Source of the DNA: Geosiphon pyriformis uo1
Lineage: Eukaryota > Fungi > Glomeromycota
DNA length: 64,000 nt
NCBI GenBank assembly: GCA_016748015.1
Contig: JAAOMT010000653.1
Span: 13,639-77,638 of the forward strand
Direction: 5' to 3'
Positions within the stretch are counted from its first letter, which is position 1. The number at the start of each line of letters is the position of its first letter. Below are positions 11,897-26,109 of this stretch, piece after piece. A program made the translations under genes and the position numbers. Below the pieces are notes generated by a model. It saw only the letters and a program-made list of their open reading frames with translations. It was not told the DNA's origin and searched no databases.

Positions 11897-14800
11897 TTTT
11901 TTTTTTTATGTGATTAATGAGTAAAACCCAACTGCTATCTAGTATATAGAACCAAACTAAGTAGAACAAACCAAACACAGTTTACACACTTGCTACATGT
12001 GGCCAGCCACTTAGACCAGACAAGGCTATACTACATATCTATGTAGACAAAAACATTACCATCCAAACCAGAAAAAAAATGACACAACTTGCATCTACCA
12101 AAGCTAACAGCAAAAGATTTAACAACACTAAGCAAATAAACTACTCCATCTGACAAATTAGATACCAAACAATAAACAAGTCTAAGACCACACCACCATC
12201 TCTAACCAAGCCAGCCTTCTTTATATCCACTCTATGCTTAGATCTGACAAGCCATACCTTAGCACAAAACAATTCAACCACAAACCTAACAAATTCAATA
12301 ACAGTCAATATAGTCTTTTCCTTCCCCTCAAAAGCCAAAGCAGCTTCAGCATACCAATTCTTTAACACAAAATCCTTGTACACAGCAGTAAACAGATCTG
12401 CATCTAAAAAACATGCTAAAAATAAGTGCAAAACAGTCGATGTAGGCAAGCAGGAAGAACCCACCAAAAACACCTATCTTTCAGTAGCATTAGCCAAAAT
12501 GTTATCATAGAGTTCAGCATTACCAGAGCAAACAAAAGTATGGTCAGACATCTCCACCTCCCCACACAGCAAACACAGCACTCCAGAATAATTCACATTG
12601 TATAATCTCTTCTTGACAGTTATGGGCAACCATTTATAAACAGCTTTTATCAAATAAGTGCACATGTTGGCTTAGCTCCTACTAGTAAAACCAAAGAGCA
12701 TATGAGAGTTAGGATGCCAGACCTTTGAAGTAGCCACCCAATTTATTTTCTCAATCATGGCACTTGGAACAATATCATAACCAGGACCAGCCTTCCAACA
12801 AGCATAACAAACTGACCAAAAAAGATTATGAACAAAATGATGAGTATTGCCTAACACAGCAGTATTTTCAGCAACCAAGAAACATTTCTGAATCCCAACA
12901 GGTAGAAAAAACAAAGAAGAAGTGGCTTCTTTAGCCAATTTATTAGCCTTAACATTGCCCAAAACTCTTGAATGCTTTTTAACCTTTACCCACCTAACAA
13001 AAATGTTTTTTTCTTGATGAGATTGACAATATGTGATTGCTCAATCTAGCATCAATTATAGAAGTCTGGTGTCATAACCAGAGACTTTAACACACAAGCA
13101 TCAATTGCAGATCAGCTGTCCAAATACAGAACCACAGAACAAAAGAAGAGAATGCATTCCAAGACCAAAGCAATGGCTTGTAACTTAGCCAAAGTAGAGA
13201 ACAAAAGTCTCTGGATCCTGACCCCAATATCTATGTCTGTAGCTGGGAAATAGGCAGCCGCATCACTCACTATCTTAACTGAACCAGCACCTTTTAAGGA
13301 CCCATCTGTGTAAACTTTAATACAATTTGACCAAACCTCCAAAAGACCCCCATGAACACAAGCAAAAGCCTCAAAATTCAAGATATTCAGCACTGGTAGT
13401 ACATAATCACTGACAGATACAATTTCCACAGAAGCATGCTCGTTTATAAAACTAGCCGCCAATATGAACTAATAAGATACTGGACTTCTCAGATCCAATC
13501 TTTTCTACCACCAAAATGTCTTCTAGTCCAACACTCTTCCTTTCTTGTCCAGAAGTCTACTACCAAAAGCAATACCAAAACATCTTAAAGAGAGGACAAA
13601 ATCATAAAATAAGAAATAATCCAGAATGTCAGATATTGGAAATCTGCCAGAACCATGAAAAGCACTGGGCAAATTGTTTGTCAAAGATAACCCATTTTCC
13701 AACAAAATTCTCATCACACCAGCTAGAAAATTATTTATTGGACTAATCCTCAACTTGACAAAATGCTGCAAAAGATTCAGAGGCAACCACCCCAAAACTT
13801 GTAAATCCAAAAATCTATGTTCAAATAAATGCCCAAGAATGCCACAGGCATTGGAAAAAAAGACCAATAAGGCCAACTTTCTCTCAGATTGTACTTGCTC
13901 AAACAGTTTTAAACTATACAAAGAAGAGTGATATAAAGTCTTATTTGGAAAATCTTTTGGTAATCCAGCCTTAGATCTGAGACTCTTCCTAACCATAATA
14001 TCTCACTTGTAATACACATCTAATGAAACATAACTAAACTGTGTTCAATAGCTAACTATAGACTGAAGAACAGCTGAGACCAAGTAAGAGAATTGTTTAT
14101 CTGTAATAGCTTTTCTGAGCACCACATTTGAGAAAAACCTAACATTTGCATGAGCCTGAGTCAAACTAGACTTGAAGAGACCCTCTGTAGACAAAAAAAT
14201 ACCTAAGTACCTGTGTGATTTGTCTTGTTTAGCAATTAAGATTGGCAAACCATTGATTGAAAGTAAGGCAGTCTTGACACCTTAATTGAATGGAATAGCC
14301 ACTGTTTTATCATTATTAATAGAAATGTCATTAACAACAAAAAACCCACTAGCAATATTTAAAATGGCCTGTGTAGAAGCTTAACAGCTCCCAACCCAAA
14401 TTGTGTTATTGACAAAGGCACCAGCAGCCAAAAAAAAAGTTTTTTCTCCAACAGCCTTAACATGGCCAGTTTCAGCCACAAACTTTGTATCAATATAGTA
14501 GTCATATAAGTGCTCATGTCTCCTAACCTTGCACAAAAGAGGGTTGTAGAATATTCACCAAAAAAGAGGAGAAAAAATCTCATCCTAATCCAAACTATCA
14601 TGTACTATGTAATTATTTGAAAGACCAAAATCTGTTATCACTCTGTTAATATGATCCTTGTAAATTCCACCAAAAAATTCAATAAATCGACTGTATATCT
14701 TGATATGATGCAGACTAGTCTTCAAATGATGCCAGCCCACAGAGTCATAAGCTTTATGCATGTCTTGTAAAACCAACCAAAGTTCCCTATTCTTTTCCAA

Positions 14801-17800
14801 AGCATCTTCTACAACTGATCCAATGGCAAAAATCGGAGATTAAGTAAAAGTACCTTTTAACACTGAAAAATTGTCACCACAAAGAACATTGAACTTGTTG
14901 TATGCCAAAAAAATCTGATCAGAAAGAATCTTAGACAAGATCTTTTGGGCAGTTTCAATTAGAGCAATAGACCTAGTATTGGTCAGGACACCATTCCATT
15001 TATAGGATTTGGAAATCATCAAAACTTATGCTCTCCTTCAAGGAGTCAAAACCACTTCCAAGGTTAAACACAAATTTAGCAGCTTTAAGAAATAAGCTAA
15101 CATCTCATTACCACAGTGCCTCCAAAGTTCATTAGGAATTCCTGATAATCTAGCAGCTTTGTCATTTGGCAAGTTATTAATACACAAAAGCAACTCATCC
15201 ATATCAATCTCTTTTATCACACCAGAAAAAGCATCATCAGAAATATGGTCCAAAAGCATATATTAATAAGACCAAAGAACAGACATCTTTGGAAGAACTG
15301 TCTGCTTTCTTGTCTATCTCTCCATAATTTCATCCACTTTAAGTTTTACTTCATCAGACTCAACCACCAACTCATTATTAACTACCAAGTAATCCAAAAC
15401 AATCTTGCGAAATGGATGATCAAGAATACTCTTAATCATAAGCCTCTTGTTAAAACAGAAATTGTTCATGTGCCAGTCAATCACTTTCTTAATAGTTGCA
15501 TCCTTAGATGCCTTTAACTCAAGGTACTTAGACTTCTGATATTTCTTCTTAACTATAGACAAATGCTTGACAACCTCCATTGAATTCATACCAACCAGAA
15601 CCATGTTGGCAGTCTTAGAGACCTCTATTTTATCAATTTTTAATCAGACTCTAATGAGACAGTCAAAATTCACAAGATCCTCAGAAACCCAAGCTTTAAC
15701 AATTTTTGCAATTAGCAATTCCAATTTGAAAAACTTCAAAAATTGTTTGTTTTTTGAACAATCAAATGCACTATACCAATATCTAGAAAACACCACATCA
15801 GCAGCCTGTATTATAATATCTTTTAGCACCACCCACATTGTATCTAAATTATCATTATATTTTGCACCCTTAAACATATTTGACTTTGTTACCAACTCAG
15901 CAGAAACTCATTCTTTAAAATGTAACCAAAGGGCCTTATCAGCATGTTCTATCTTAAACTTCTACTGGTTCCAATTGGCTTGTTTGTGAACACTATTTAG
16001 ATGAGCATTCAAGAGTCCTTTCAAACCAATCACAACTGAAATTGTCTTATAATCTGTTTCAAAAAATCCTAACACATCATTAATTTTATGCAATATAATA
16101 GTAAAAGCAAGATACTTACTCACAAAAATAAAATCCAACACCTTTTCAATGCCTCTAGAATTACTCCAAGTAGAGGCTTTGGCTAAAAAATGTCCATTAA
16201 AGGTATTGACCAGACCCAAGTCTGAACAGAACTTGAAGCTAGTACTTCTCTTAGATCTATTTTTATTAAAGTCACCATTAATGACCATGAATGAGCTAGA
16301 ATTGGCTGCTCTAAAAATTAAGGAGTTGATAAAAAAAGCTTGGCCAAAACATGTATCAGCAGAAGCACCAGCATACAGGCCCAAGATTGTAACTGAAAGC
16401 TTGTCTTTAAATAAAAGACAAATAGAGATCAGCTGACCAGGAATTTCATCTACCTTTGAGACATGCCGAGCCAAAGAACTGTTCATAATAATGGCAATCT
16501 CAGCACCGAAAAAACCCATACCCAAACCAGAAGTGAAAATTCAAACTCCATTAAATTTATTCATAATCCAAGGTCTAACATTAGACCTTAATTTGGTTTC
16601 CGTAACAATTGAAACCATATTTCCTGATTCCTTATGCCAAAAAACAATGTCTTCCTGCTTTACAAGGACATTGATACCTCTAACATTGCACATAACAAAT
16701 TTCCAAACTAAATCACTTATTAAAAAGTAGGGGGAACTAATGAACCCAAACCAAAACACAAGTGATTCAATTTTTTTAATACCAACTCAATCAATACTTT
16801 CAAAGTCACTATTTTGAATTCCAAACCTTCCACCTTGGTGGTCAGAACCTTAGAACTACTTAAGCTAATGTCAGCAACTGTATTAGTAACAATCACAAGA
16901 AAAGGAATGGGATAAATCAAAGTATCATCCAAATCCATATCCACCACCAAAGATGTAGAAGCAACAGGAGGAGGGACAAAAGGCAAAAACGCCAAAGGCA
17001 CCAACTTAATATTACTCAACTTTCTCAAAATATCAGAAACTTGGTCTGCCAAAAGCTTTAAAGAGTGCTCCAGAGAAGACAAACAGTTATGTAAAGCAGA
17101 GTCACCAAGGGAAGCAGAGATTATCAAAAAAATTCTAGCACCAGAAGACAAACCACTACCAAAAAACATTGAAAAAACCATGTAAAGTGGAGAGCTATCA
17201 AAAGAAGAATTAAGTGACATGACTTGTGCCCATGACTTGCCACCAAAGGTGGCAGAACAGAAGATAGAGACAGTTTTCTTTACATACAACTTGACTAGCT
17301 GAAGACAATGTTCCTCTAAGATGACTCTTCTAACAACCTTTAAAGGCTTAGGAGTAAATGCAAGTGGTATGCCACATTTCAAAGCAGAATGGCCAAGAAA
17401 CCCACACCTCTCACAATGAACCAAATTCAGTCTAACCCAAAAAAGTTTGATACCACCAAATATCAGCTCAGTGTGATATGCAGATTCCATTGTATTCTCA
17501 GACTTGAAGCCAACTACAGCACAGCAAATCTTATTGCCAAAATTCAATGAATGATTTATGATACATGTTTTCCCACCAACTCTTTCCAAAAGAGTGTCCA
17601 ATTATGAGCAGTTATTCCTATAGGCAAAGTAAACAACAAAGTCCTAAACTGGTCTCTTGATGCTCATGTTTTATGATCTCTCACAGCCATAGCCACATGT
17701 ACTGAGTCCTTCCCAATAAGAAATGACCATCTTGATGCCAGTTGCTTTGCCTGTTCCTATTCAGTGAATTTTACTACAGCCTTCTGCCACATCCCAATTA

Positions 17801-18710
17801 GCTGAATCTTATTCAACTTGATATCACCAAACTCAGATACTGCAGTGACAATTATCTCCTTAGATGTATCTATGAGAATTTTTTTGATTACTACAGCCCA
17901 ATCTGAGCGAATTCCTTGTTTCTTAAGATTGCTGTTTATGTTGATTTCTTTTTCTCTGGCCAATGAAGCAGTTTTTTCCATATTTTTTTCAGAAGTGAAA
18001 GTAGATTGGATGATCTCTTCAAATTTTGAGAAGATAGTGGCCCCCCCAAAACCATTAACTGTTGAAAAAATTTTCCTAATGAACTGAGTCTTTGCTGTAG
18101 CAAATTTGCCTTCTATTGCCAAAAGATTGATATCCAAAGCAAATAACTTTCTAACAAAAACTTCCACAGGCATTTTCACAATTTTAGGATCTATCTATTT
18201 CTTTTCTAAAGATATACCAAGGGGGAGTGGGAGAAGTTCCACTTCTTTTTTCATTTTATAATTGGAGGAGCCAAGAGGAGACCCAAAGATCATGTTAGAA
18301 TTCACTTTCTTTGTTTTAGAAGTAGTGGCTGCTAAGCCTAAAAGAGACCTACTGTTAATACCTTCCATGACTATATTGTCTTTATTACAACTAGATTCAC
18401 TATTTATGTCTGAGTACATGCCACCAGAACTAAGTTTGACTAAAGAAATGTTTCTTTCATTACTTAAATATTTAACATTACCAAGAACTACCTTCTTCTT
18501 TTGGGAGAAAAAACCACCAGCAAAACCATAGAAAGTACTCTTAAGCACTTTTTTCTTAGACATATCACTACTAGAAGCAGCCTTTAAATCCACAATGAAA
18601 GAGTTATTAGTTAAAGAAATGTTGATATAAACTTAACAAAAAAAAATAAAAAACTTCTTTTTCAAAAAAGCGCTTTTTGAGGATTTGTGGATGTAAGAAA
18701 AAAGTTTTTT
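11897..18710 (-). mobile_element. LINE copy 2, full length (~6.8 kb), degenerate
   Basis: Poly(A) tail (T-run 11892-11907). TSD AATTTTGTTTTT at 11885-11896 and 18711-18722 (TT/AAAA-type target). ORF1 18593-16720 with CERCGFLGHSALKC. ORF2 fragments carry APE, RT (LQDMHKAYDSV, AFVNNTIW), RNase H (VYTDGSL) and CLLCGEVEMSDHTFVC. Confidence 0.92.
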
Positions 18711-18722
18711 AATTTTGTTTTT

Positions 18723-21700
18723 AAGTTGTTAAATATGTTTGGTATTAATTTTTTTATTTCTATTTTTTCTATTATTAATGTATTATTTAATATTATTTCT
18801 AATTTTTTGATAATTTTATTAATGAGCTTATTGTTGTATTTGGTAATAATAATATATATTTTAAAATCATGTTTTTTTTTTGTTTTTAGGCTTTTTATTA
18901 TTTTTTTTATGTATGTTATTTTGAAGTTATTAACTGTAATTTCTAAATTTAAATTTAATTATTATAATTTTTTAATTAATTATTGAATTATATTGATAAT
19001 TTTTTTTGGAATATGTGTTATTATTTTACTGGTTTAAATTTTTTTATATAAGTTTTTATGTTTTAAAAATTGTTTTTAGTGTATTTTAAGTTTAATTATC
19101 TTTTAAATAATATTTAATTAAAACTATTGGTTTTAAATCTTATTGAAATTAATTTGGTATTACCAATAATAATTGTGTTTTAATTTTGGGTGTTAGTGTT
19201 ATTATTATTGGTTTATTGTGATATAATTTTAATTAATTACTATATGCTGTTTTTTTAATATTTTTTTAACTAGTTTTAACTTATATGATATATTTTTAAG
19301 TATTTTATAAATATAAAATAATCTATTTTACTTGTAATTAAACTTTTTATTTTGTTGTTTTTTAGTTTTAATATAATACAACAATATTTTGTTTTTAATT
19401 TTATAGTTAATTATATTATCTAATAATTAATTATTATGTTTTATTTTTTTGTTGTTTTTATAATTATTTAATATTTTGTACTGTCTTTTTTTTTGTTTTC
19501 TAAGATTTTTATTAACTTGTATGTTTTTTTAAATAGTGTTTTATGAAATATTGTTTTAATAATAATATTACTTAAATATATTAAAATAATAAATTTAATT
19601 GATAATATTGTTTTTTTTTATAAATTTATTTAAATATTGTAAATTGTATAATATTTTGTTTCAATGTTTTATATACTAATAGTATTATTAATATAAATAA
19701 ATTTTATTATTTTTATGTTTATTGTTAATTTTGATCAGTAATTTACATAATATATAATTAAACTATTTAATTAAACTATTTGTTTATAAATAATATAATA
19801 ATAATAATAATTTTTTAATTTCAAATTTTTGGCTAAGTTTTTTTAATATATTATTTACAAAATATGTATTTTGGTCTAATAGCAGTTTTTGTGAATATTT
19901 ATGTTAACAAATTAAGTTTTTATGTATAAATTAAGCTACTAAAATAATATTAAGTGTTTTAATAATTTTAGTTGTTGGTTATTTAATAAATTATTTAAAT
20001 TTTATTAATTCTGATAATAAAATATATAATTTTATATGATATAATATTTTAATAATTTCTGAAGTTTAATTAGCTTTTCTATTAATATGATTTTATTTAA
20101 CTATAGTGTTTTTAAGTATTATTTAAGATTTTTGTAAAAATAATTATTTATTGTTTTTGTAATAAATATATTGATAATTTTTATGTGTATTTTATTTTTA
20201 ATAAACAGTTAATATTAATATTCTTGATATTTTTTTTATATTTAATAATATTATTATATGGTGTTAATATTTATAATTATTTAATATATTTAGTATTTTT
20301 TTGTTATTTAATCAAACCAAATTTCTATAATTTGTAATAATATTAAAAATTTGTATTGTATATATGTATTAAAGTGAACACAACTTTAAATTATTACTAA
20401 GCATTTTAATTTATATACTACATAGTTTTGTTTTATTGTATTAAGACTTTTACTAATATAAGTAATTACATATTTTTTATTATTGTTGTTTTTTGTAAAA
20501 AAAATAATATCAAATTTAGTTTTAGAGATATTTATAATTAAAATGAATTTTTTGTTAAAGTTTAGATAAATTATTATTGGTAATTCAATAAACTTTTGCT
20601 TTAAGTATTTAAAAGCTTTTTGTTGTGTTTCAATCTATTCAAATTTTATATTTTTAGATAATAGATAATTAAAAAATTTAGTGATATTTAAAAAGTTTTT
20701 TTACAAAGCAGCAGTAGTAAGATATAAATTCTAAAAAGCTTTTAATTTTTAATATATTTTAGAATACTAAAAAGTTTTTTGTTTTATTTTATTTTTTTTA
20801 ATTATGTGTTCTAGAAATACTAGTTCATTTTTTCTAAAAAAACATTTTTTTAAATTTAATTTAAGTTTAGTATATCTTAATCTCTTAAAAATTTGTTGTA
20901 AATATTAAAAATAATTTGTAAATTTTGGTAAAAAAACTTTGTATTATTCAAATAAACAATAATAAATTGTTACAGAATTTTATAGTAAATTATATTTATT
21001 AATTTTTGAAATATTACAAAAGTATTTGTTAATTCAAATAATATTATATTGAATTTATAATTGTCATTTTGTGTTGTAAATACTGTTTTATATTTGTTTT
21101 TTAGGTTTATTTTTACTTGCCAATATTTATTAGTTAAATCAAGTATAGAAAATTATTTTGTTTTTCCAAAAACATTGAAAATTTTATTAATCAATAATAT
21201 AAAATATGAATTTTTGGTTATTTTGCTGTTTAATTTGCAATAGTCAACACAAATTTTAATTTTTTTTTACTAAAACAACTAATAAAAATTATAAACTTAT
21301 TAATAATTAAATTATTTTTTTTCAATATTTTTTGGACTTTTTCTTTAATAAAATTGTGTTTTATTAATAAGATATAAAAAAACATTGTTTTAATATTTAA
21401 TTTGGCTAATTTTTCTGGTGTAAATTAATAATATTTTAACAGTTGTTGTTAATTTATTAAAGTAAGTTTATAATAAAGCACAATTTATAGAAAATTTAGA
21501 ATTTTTTGTAATGTTAATATATTTTTTAGCTCTGTTTTAAAATATTCAATGATAATTTTTTTTAAAATATAGATAAATTTTTCTGTAATATTTGTAATAA
21601 AAATTTTTATTTATTGAGTTTTATTAATTAAAATAAAAAAATTAATAAGTCTTATAAAAAACTATTAAGTTTTTAAATAGTGCTTAAATATTAAGTCTTT

Positions 21701-22010
21701 TTTTTTAAATTGTTTTTTTAATTTTTAATTTTATTTTTTATATAATATAAACATAATAAACTGCTTAATTTTAATTAATTTGCTTTTTTTTTTATTATTT
21801 TAACAAAATTTGCTTTAATTTTTTTTTATCAATCTAAAATTAAAAGTTTTTTGTACAATCTTTTTTTTAGACTTAATAATAATATTAAAAAATTTTTATC
21901 TTTTTTCAATATTATTAATGCTGTTTTGTTGTTAATAAAAGTTTATAAACTTCTAATAAGCTTAATTTTTTTTTTCAAAGTATCTTTTTGTAATTTGAAT
22001 AGTATATACT
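18723..22010 (-). mobile_element. Highly decayed Ty3/Gypsy pol relic (RT, RNase H, integrase); its 3' part probably continues at ~11290-11885
   Basis: Minus strand at ~21060-21260 reads FCVDYCKLN…SYFILLIN…FSILDLTNKYWQVKIN…KTVFTT (Gypsy RT). 19340-19560 aligns with the integrase tails at 26550-26760 and 7617-7816. Extremely AT-rich. Confidence 0.75.
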
Positions 22011-22012
22011 AT

Positions 22013-22712
22013 TAAAATTCTAATGTTTAATTTGATTTAATTTAAGTTTAATTAAATTATTTGAACCAAACCAAACTCAAACAGAAGATTTAACAAAATT
22101 TTAAATTTAAACTTAAATCAAACTTAAAATTATTGAATTTAAATATATACAACAAGTTTGGTTTAAGTTTGGTTTGAAGTTTATGAACATGTTCAGATTT
22201 GATTATTAAAAACATTATATTATACTATATTATTATTTAATTTTTCTTTTAATGATTCTTGTATTCATTATTAAAAACACTGTATTGCTTTTATAGTTTT
22301 AAGTACTAAGTAAAACTTTATATTTGTAATCATATTTTTATTTGCAAAAAAAATGCATTTAAAAGCAACAAATGATTTTTGGATTGTTAAATAATTACAA
22401 GTCATATATACAAGACAAAAAAATTGTGTTTAATATGCCTAAATATCGAATTATTAATAAAATATTAATTTAGATAAATATTTTTTGTAATATATTTTCT
22501 ATTATGTTATTATATTCATTTTTCTATTGGCCATTTTTTCAAAGATATAATAATTAATTTTGTCAAGTTTTTTTTCTTTATTATATTCAAAATCTGTTTT
22601 TAATATAAATTATGTAAGTAATATTATAGTTTCATTAAAATTGCTATTTAATAAAAAACTGTTATTTAATGTTAGTATAATGTTCAGTGTGTACTCTGTT
22701 TCAAAAAAAATA
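22013..22712 (-). mobile_element. hAT DNA transposon 3' end (~700 bp), inverted copy
   Basis: Reverse complement of ~25402-26097 (differences are mostly transitions), including the terminal TAAAATTCT and AAACC/GGTTT subterminal repeats. Confidence 0.8.
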
Positions 22713-22713
22713 T

Positions 22714-25700
22714 TAGAATTCTAATTAAATTAAATTAAACTAAACCAATTTTTTAAAGTAGATTCAGTTTGAATTTGGCATTAAACTTTTTTAACAAGTC
22801 TGAGTTCAGTTTAAGTCTAGTACAAAGTTTATGAACTTGTTTAAGTTTGATAAAATTAAAAAAAATATATAACTTATACTACTTATTTATTAATTATTAC
22901 TTTGTTTAATTTTTATAATTAGTTAAAAAAGTATATAAAAATATATATGTATAACAATTCTACTTTCCAATTTACCAAAATGAATTTATTGTTGACATTA
23001 TTTAATATTACTAAAGGTTTAAAATCTAAAATAATGGAATTTGATAACTCAAATAGTCCAAATATTAATATATTTAGTAAATGTAGTTTTTAGAGTAAAG
23101 TATAAAACCATTTTAATAAGTTTATATAGATAAAAGAAAAAAAACAGCTAAATATACAGTTTTAAAATGTGTACATAAACCATTTTTTTGTAGAACTATA
23201 GGCACTACTAAATTCTTATAGTGCTATTTAGAAACTTCTCACCAGACAGTATATGTTACAATAGAAAAATATTATAAAAAAAAACAAAATATTCAGAAAA
23301 ATTGCAAATCAATTGAAAAAATGGTTTGATAGATAAGATTGCTATTTTTTTTTATGATTTTTAGCCAATTTAACTAAAAAACTGCTCTAGTTTTTTGTAA
23401 TAACTGTTATTAATATTGATAATAAAAAACTTTATAACATAATTACTATTTGGCTTATCAACTGTTAACAATTACTTCTTATAATAAAAAACTTTAAATT
23501 AATCAAAATATTTCAATATTTAAATCTTACTTCTTAATCTGTTTATACTAATATAATTAAAAATAGAATTATAAAACTTTATGTCTTAATAAACAAAAAT
23601 TAAAAGTAAGCACTATTTTTATTATGAAATATCTCTTTTTTTACTTATACTTATAATATAATAGACATATTTAAATATTATTAAATCCAAAATTTTTTTT
23701 ATATCAGATTTCTGAACATTTTTCAATAACAAAGCTTTTGTCTCTATTACTACTTATTATATTAATAACAATTGGAACTTTTAATAAACAATAATTAATT
23801 TTGGATTAATAAATAAATAATATAATAGAATAAATATTGTGAACAAATTTTTTAAAATATTAAAATATTATAAAATTACATTAAAAGTATGTATATATAT
23901 TCTTATATAAATTTGGATTAATTAATAGCCAATAATAAAATTGGCATACTATACTGCATATTAGTATCATTTAAGATTCAAAGTTATTATAATATCTATA
24001 TTATTAAAGATTGCATTTTCTTAATGTTGGCTTAAGTTGGTTTTTATTATTGTCTTAAAACTAAATTTTCAGTATTAGTATTATTTAAGACTTAGAATTA
24101 TCACAGTGCTCATATTATTATTAATTATGTTTTTTCAATGTTAGTTTAAGTTGGTTTTTATCATTGTTTTAGAGCTGAATTTTTGGTATTAGCATCATTT
24201 AAAACTCGAAGTTACTACAGTACTCATATTATCAAAAACCATGTTTTCTTAATATTAACTTAAGTGGTTTTTATTATTGCTTCGAGCCAAATTTTTAACC
24301 AAAAAGATTAAAAAAAAAGTTTAAGAAAGAATTACATATACACACTTTTTATATGAGTTTACTATTAATTTTATTAGTTATAACTTAATTTTTTTTGATA
24401 GCTTCTTGCTATTACCCTCAATAATACCACAAATAATAATACTTTCATAAGAGAGTTAACAGAAAAATTAGAAAAAAAAACATTCAATAGAACTCAGAGG
24501 ACTTTTAATTTCAATGCTTTAATTATACTCTAAATTTGACAGTACAAACAACTTTAAATAAAATAAAAAATGATGTTTTCAAGGTATTTATTAAAAACCC
24601 AAACCAAATATATTTATTTAAAATTTTTCTAATATAAACTTTGTATAAATTAAAGATTAAGAAACTTAACTCTGTAATTTGTACTTTGCCTTAATATTTT
24701 AAGTTTTTTGAACATATTTGTAATACATGTCAAATTAAATACCATAAATTCATTCTAAATTGTTTTATTTAATGGAATTTTACTTATAATATGATCAAGA
24801 ATAAGTTATTTTTTAAATTAGCAAGTTATTTATTTTTGATTCTATATATTTTAAATACAAAAATTCTAACTATAAATTTATAAACATTAAACACTCTTAT
24901 TAGTACTTATATTAATATCTATTAATATGTTATTTTACATAATTAGTGGGCTGTTTTTGATAAAATTGCTGAATTTTTTGAACTATTTAAGAATATTATA
25001 GTCAAAATGTCAGTCAGTTTAAATAATACTGTCTTTTTAATTATTTTTTTCTTTAATATTATTCTTAATTATGTCAAAGACACAATTAATAATAATGAAT
25101 TTGGTAAAGCATTATAATCTTAATTATATTTATTTAGTTATTTATTTAACATATTTAATATTAGATTCATTATTTGTTATAATAGCTAGAACAGTAAGAA
25201 AAAAGTTGATTAAATATTACTCTAAAACAAATACAACTATAATGCTCTGTACTGCATTGAATCCAAAAAAAAATTCTATTATTTTACAAAAAAAAATTTT
25301 TGGATGACAATATTAATAAAATAAAAGAATTATAAGTTATTAATTTATTCAAATAATTTTATTTTCTAACTTTTACACAATAAATAAATCTTTAAAATAT
25401 GTATTCTTTTTAAAATAAAGTACACATTAAATATTATACTAATATTAAATAACAGTTTTTTGTTAAATAGCAATTTTAATAATATTATAATATCAGTTAT
25501 ATAATTTATATTAAAAACAGATTTTAATAATAATAATAAAAAAAAACTTGACAAAATTGATTGTTATATTTCTAAAAAAGTGGTCAATAGAGAAATGGAT
25601 ATAATAGCATAGTGGAAGATATATTACAAAAATATTTATTTAAATTAACATTTTATTAATAATTTGATATTTAAATATATTAAACACAATTTTTTTGTCT

Positions 25701-26097
25701 TGTATATATGGCTTGTAATTATTTGGCAATTTAAAAATTATCTGTTGTTTCTGAATATGTTTTTCTGTAAATAAAAATATGATTACAAATATGAAGTTTT
25801 GCTTAGTACTTAAAACTATAAAAACAATACAATGTTTTTGATTATAAATACAAAAACTATTGAAAAAAAAATCAAATAATAATATAATATAATATAATGT
25901 TTTTAATAGTTAAACCTAAACATATTTATGAACTTTGAACTGAACTTAAACCAGATTTATTGTATGTATTCAAATTTGGTTCAAGCTTAGTAATTTTAAG
26001 TCTGGTTTAAGTTTAAATTCAAAATTTTGCCAAATTTTTTGTTTAAGTTTGGTTTGGTTCAATAATTCAATTGAACTTAAACCAAACCAGAATTTTA
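22714..26097 (+). mobile_element. hAT-superfamily DNA transposon (~3.4 kb), decayed
   Basis: Ends TAGAATTCT…AGAATTTTA with subterminal GGTT/AACC repeats. 25545-25840 reads DKIDCYISKKVVNREMDIIA*WK…MACNYLAI*KLSVVSEYVF…MITNMKFCLVLKTIKTIQC, the hAT C-terminal dimerisation domain. BED-finger-like remnant at ~23080-23230. Degenerate 8-bp TSD AAAAATAT/AAGAATAG. Confidence 0.78.
23959..24297. repeat. Three tandem ~114-bp repeats inside the hAT element
   Basis: Units start TATTAG(T/C)AT at 23959, 24073 and 24187 and share …TTAAG(T)TGGTTTTTAT(T/C)ATTG…. Confidence 0.85.
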
Positions 26098-26109
26098 AAG
26101 AATAGGTTT

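Noticed and set aside
15567-16730. Antisense ORFs overlapping the LINEs (e.g. 5648, 15567, 16149, 50024, 54988) as a hidden antisense gene
   Set aside because: They are short, their boundaries are inconsistent between copies, and they show no independent motifs. They are shadows of the sense ORFs.
18687-18986. Hydrophobic F/I/L/N/K-rich ORFs in AT-rich DNA (also 21061, 25071, 25366, 45738, 47726, 56182, 56198) as membrane proteins
   Set aside because: They are compositional by-products of hypermutated TE relics, and several are antisense to, or frame remnants of, recognisable TE genes.
18723-22010. Canonical Neurospora-type RIP, or APOBEC editing of retro-cDNA, as the cause of AT richness
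   Set aside because: CA/TG dinucleotides are among the survivors, which argues against CpA-RIP. Both C->T and G->A occur on the same strand and a DNA transposon is equally hit, which argues against cDNA editing. Judged by eye; needs the spectrum computation.
23959-24297. CRISPR-like array (also considered for 1197-1270)
   Set aside because: Contiguous tandem units without unique spacers, in eukaryotic TE context, with no cas genes.
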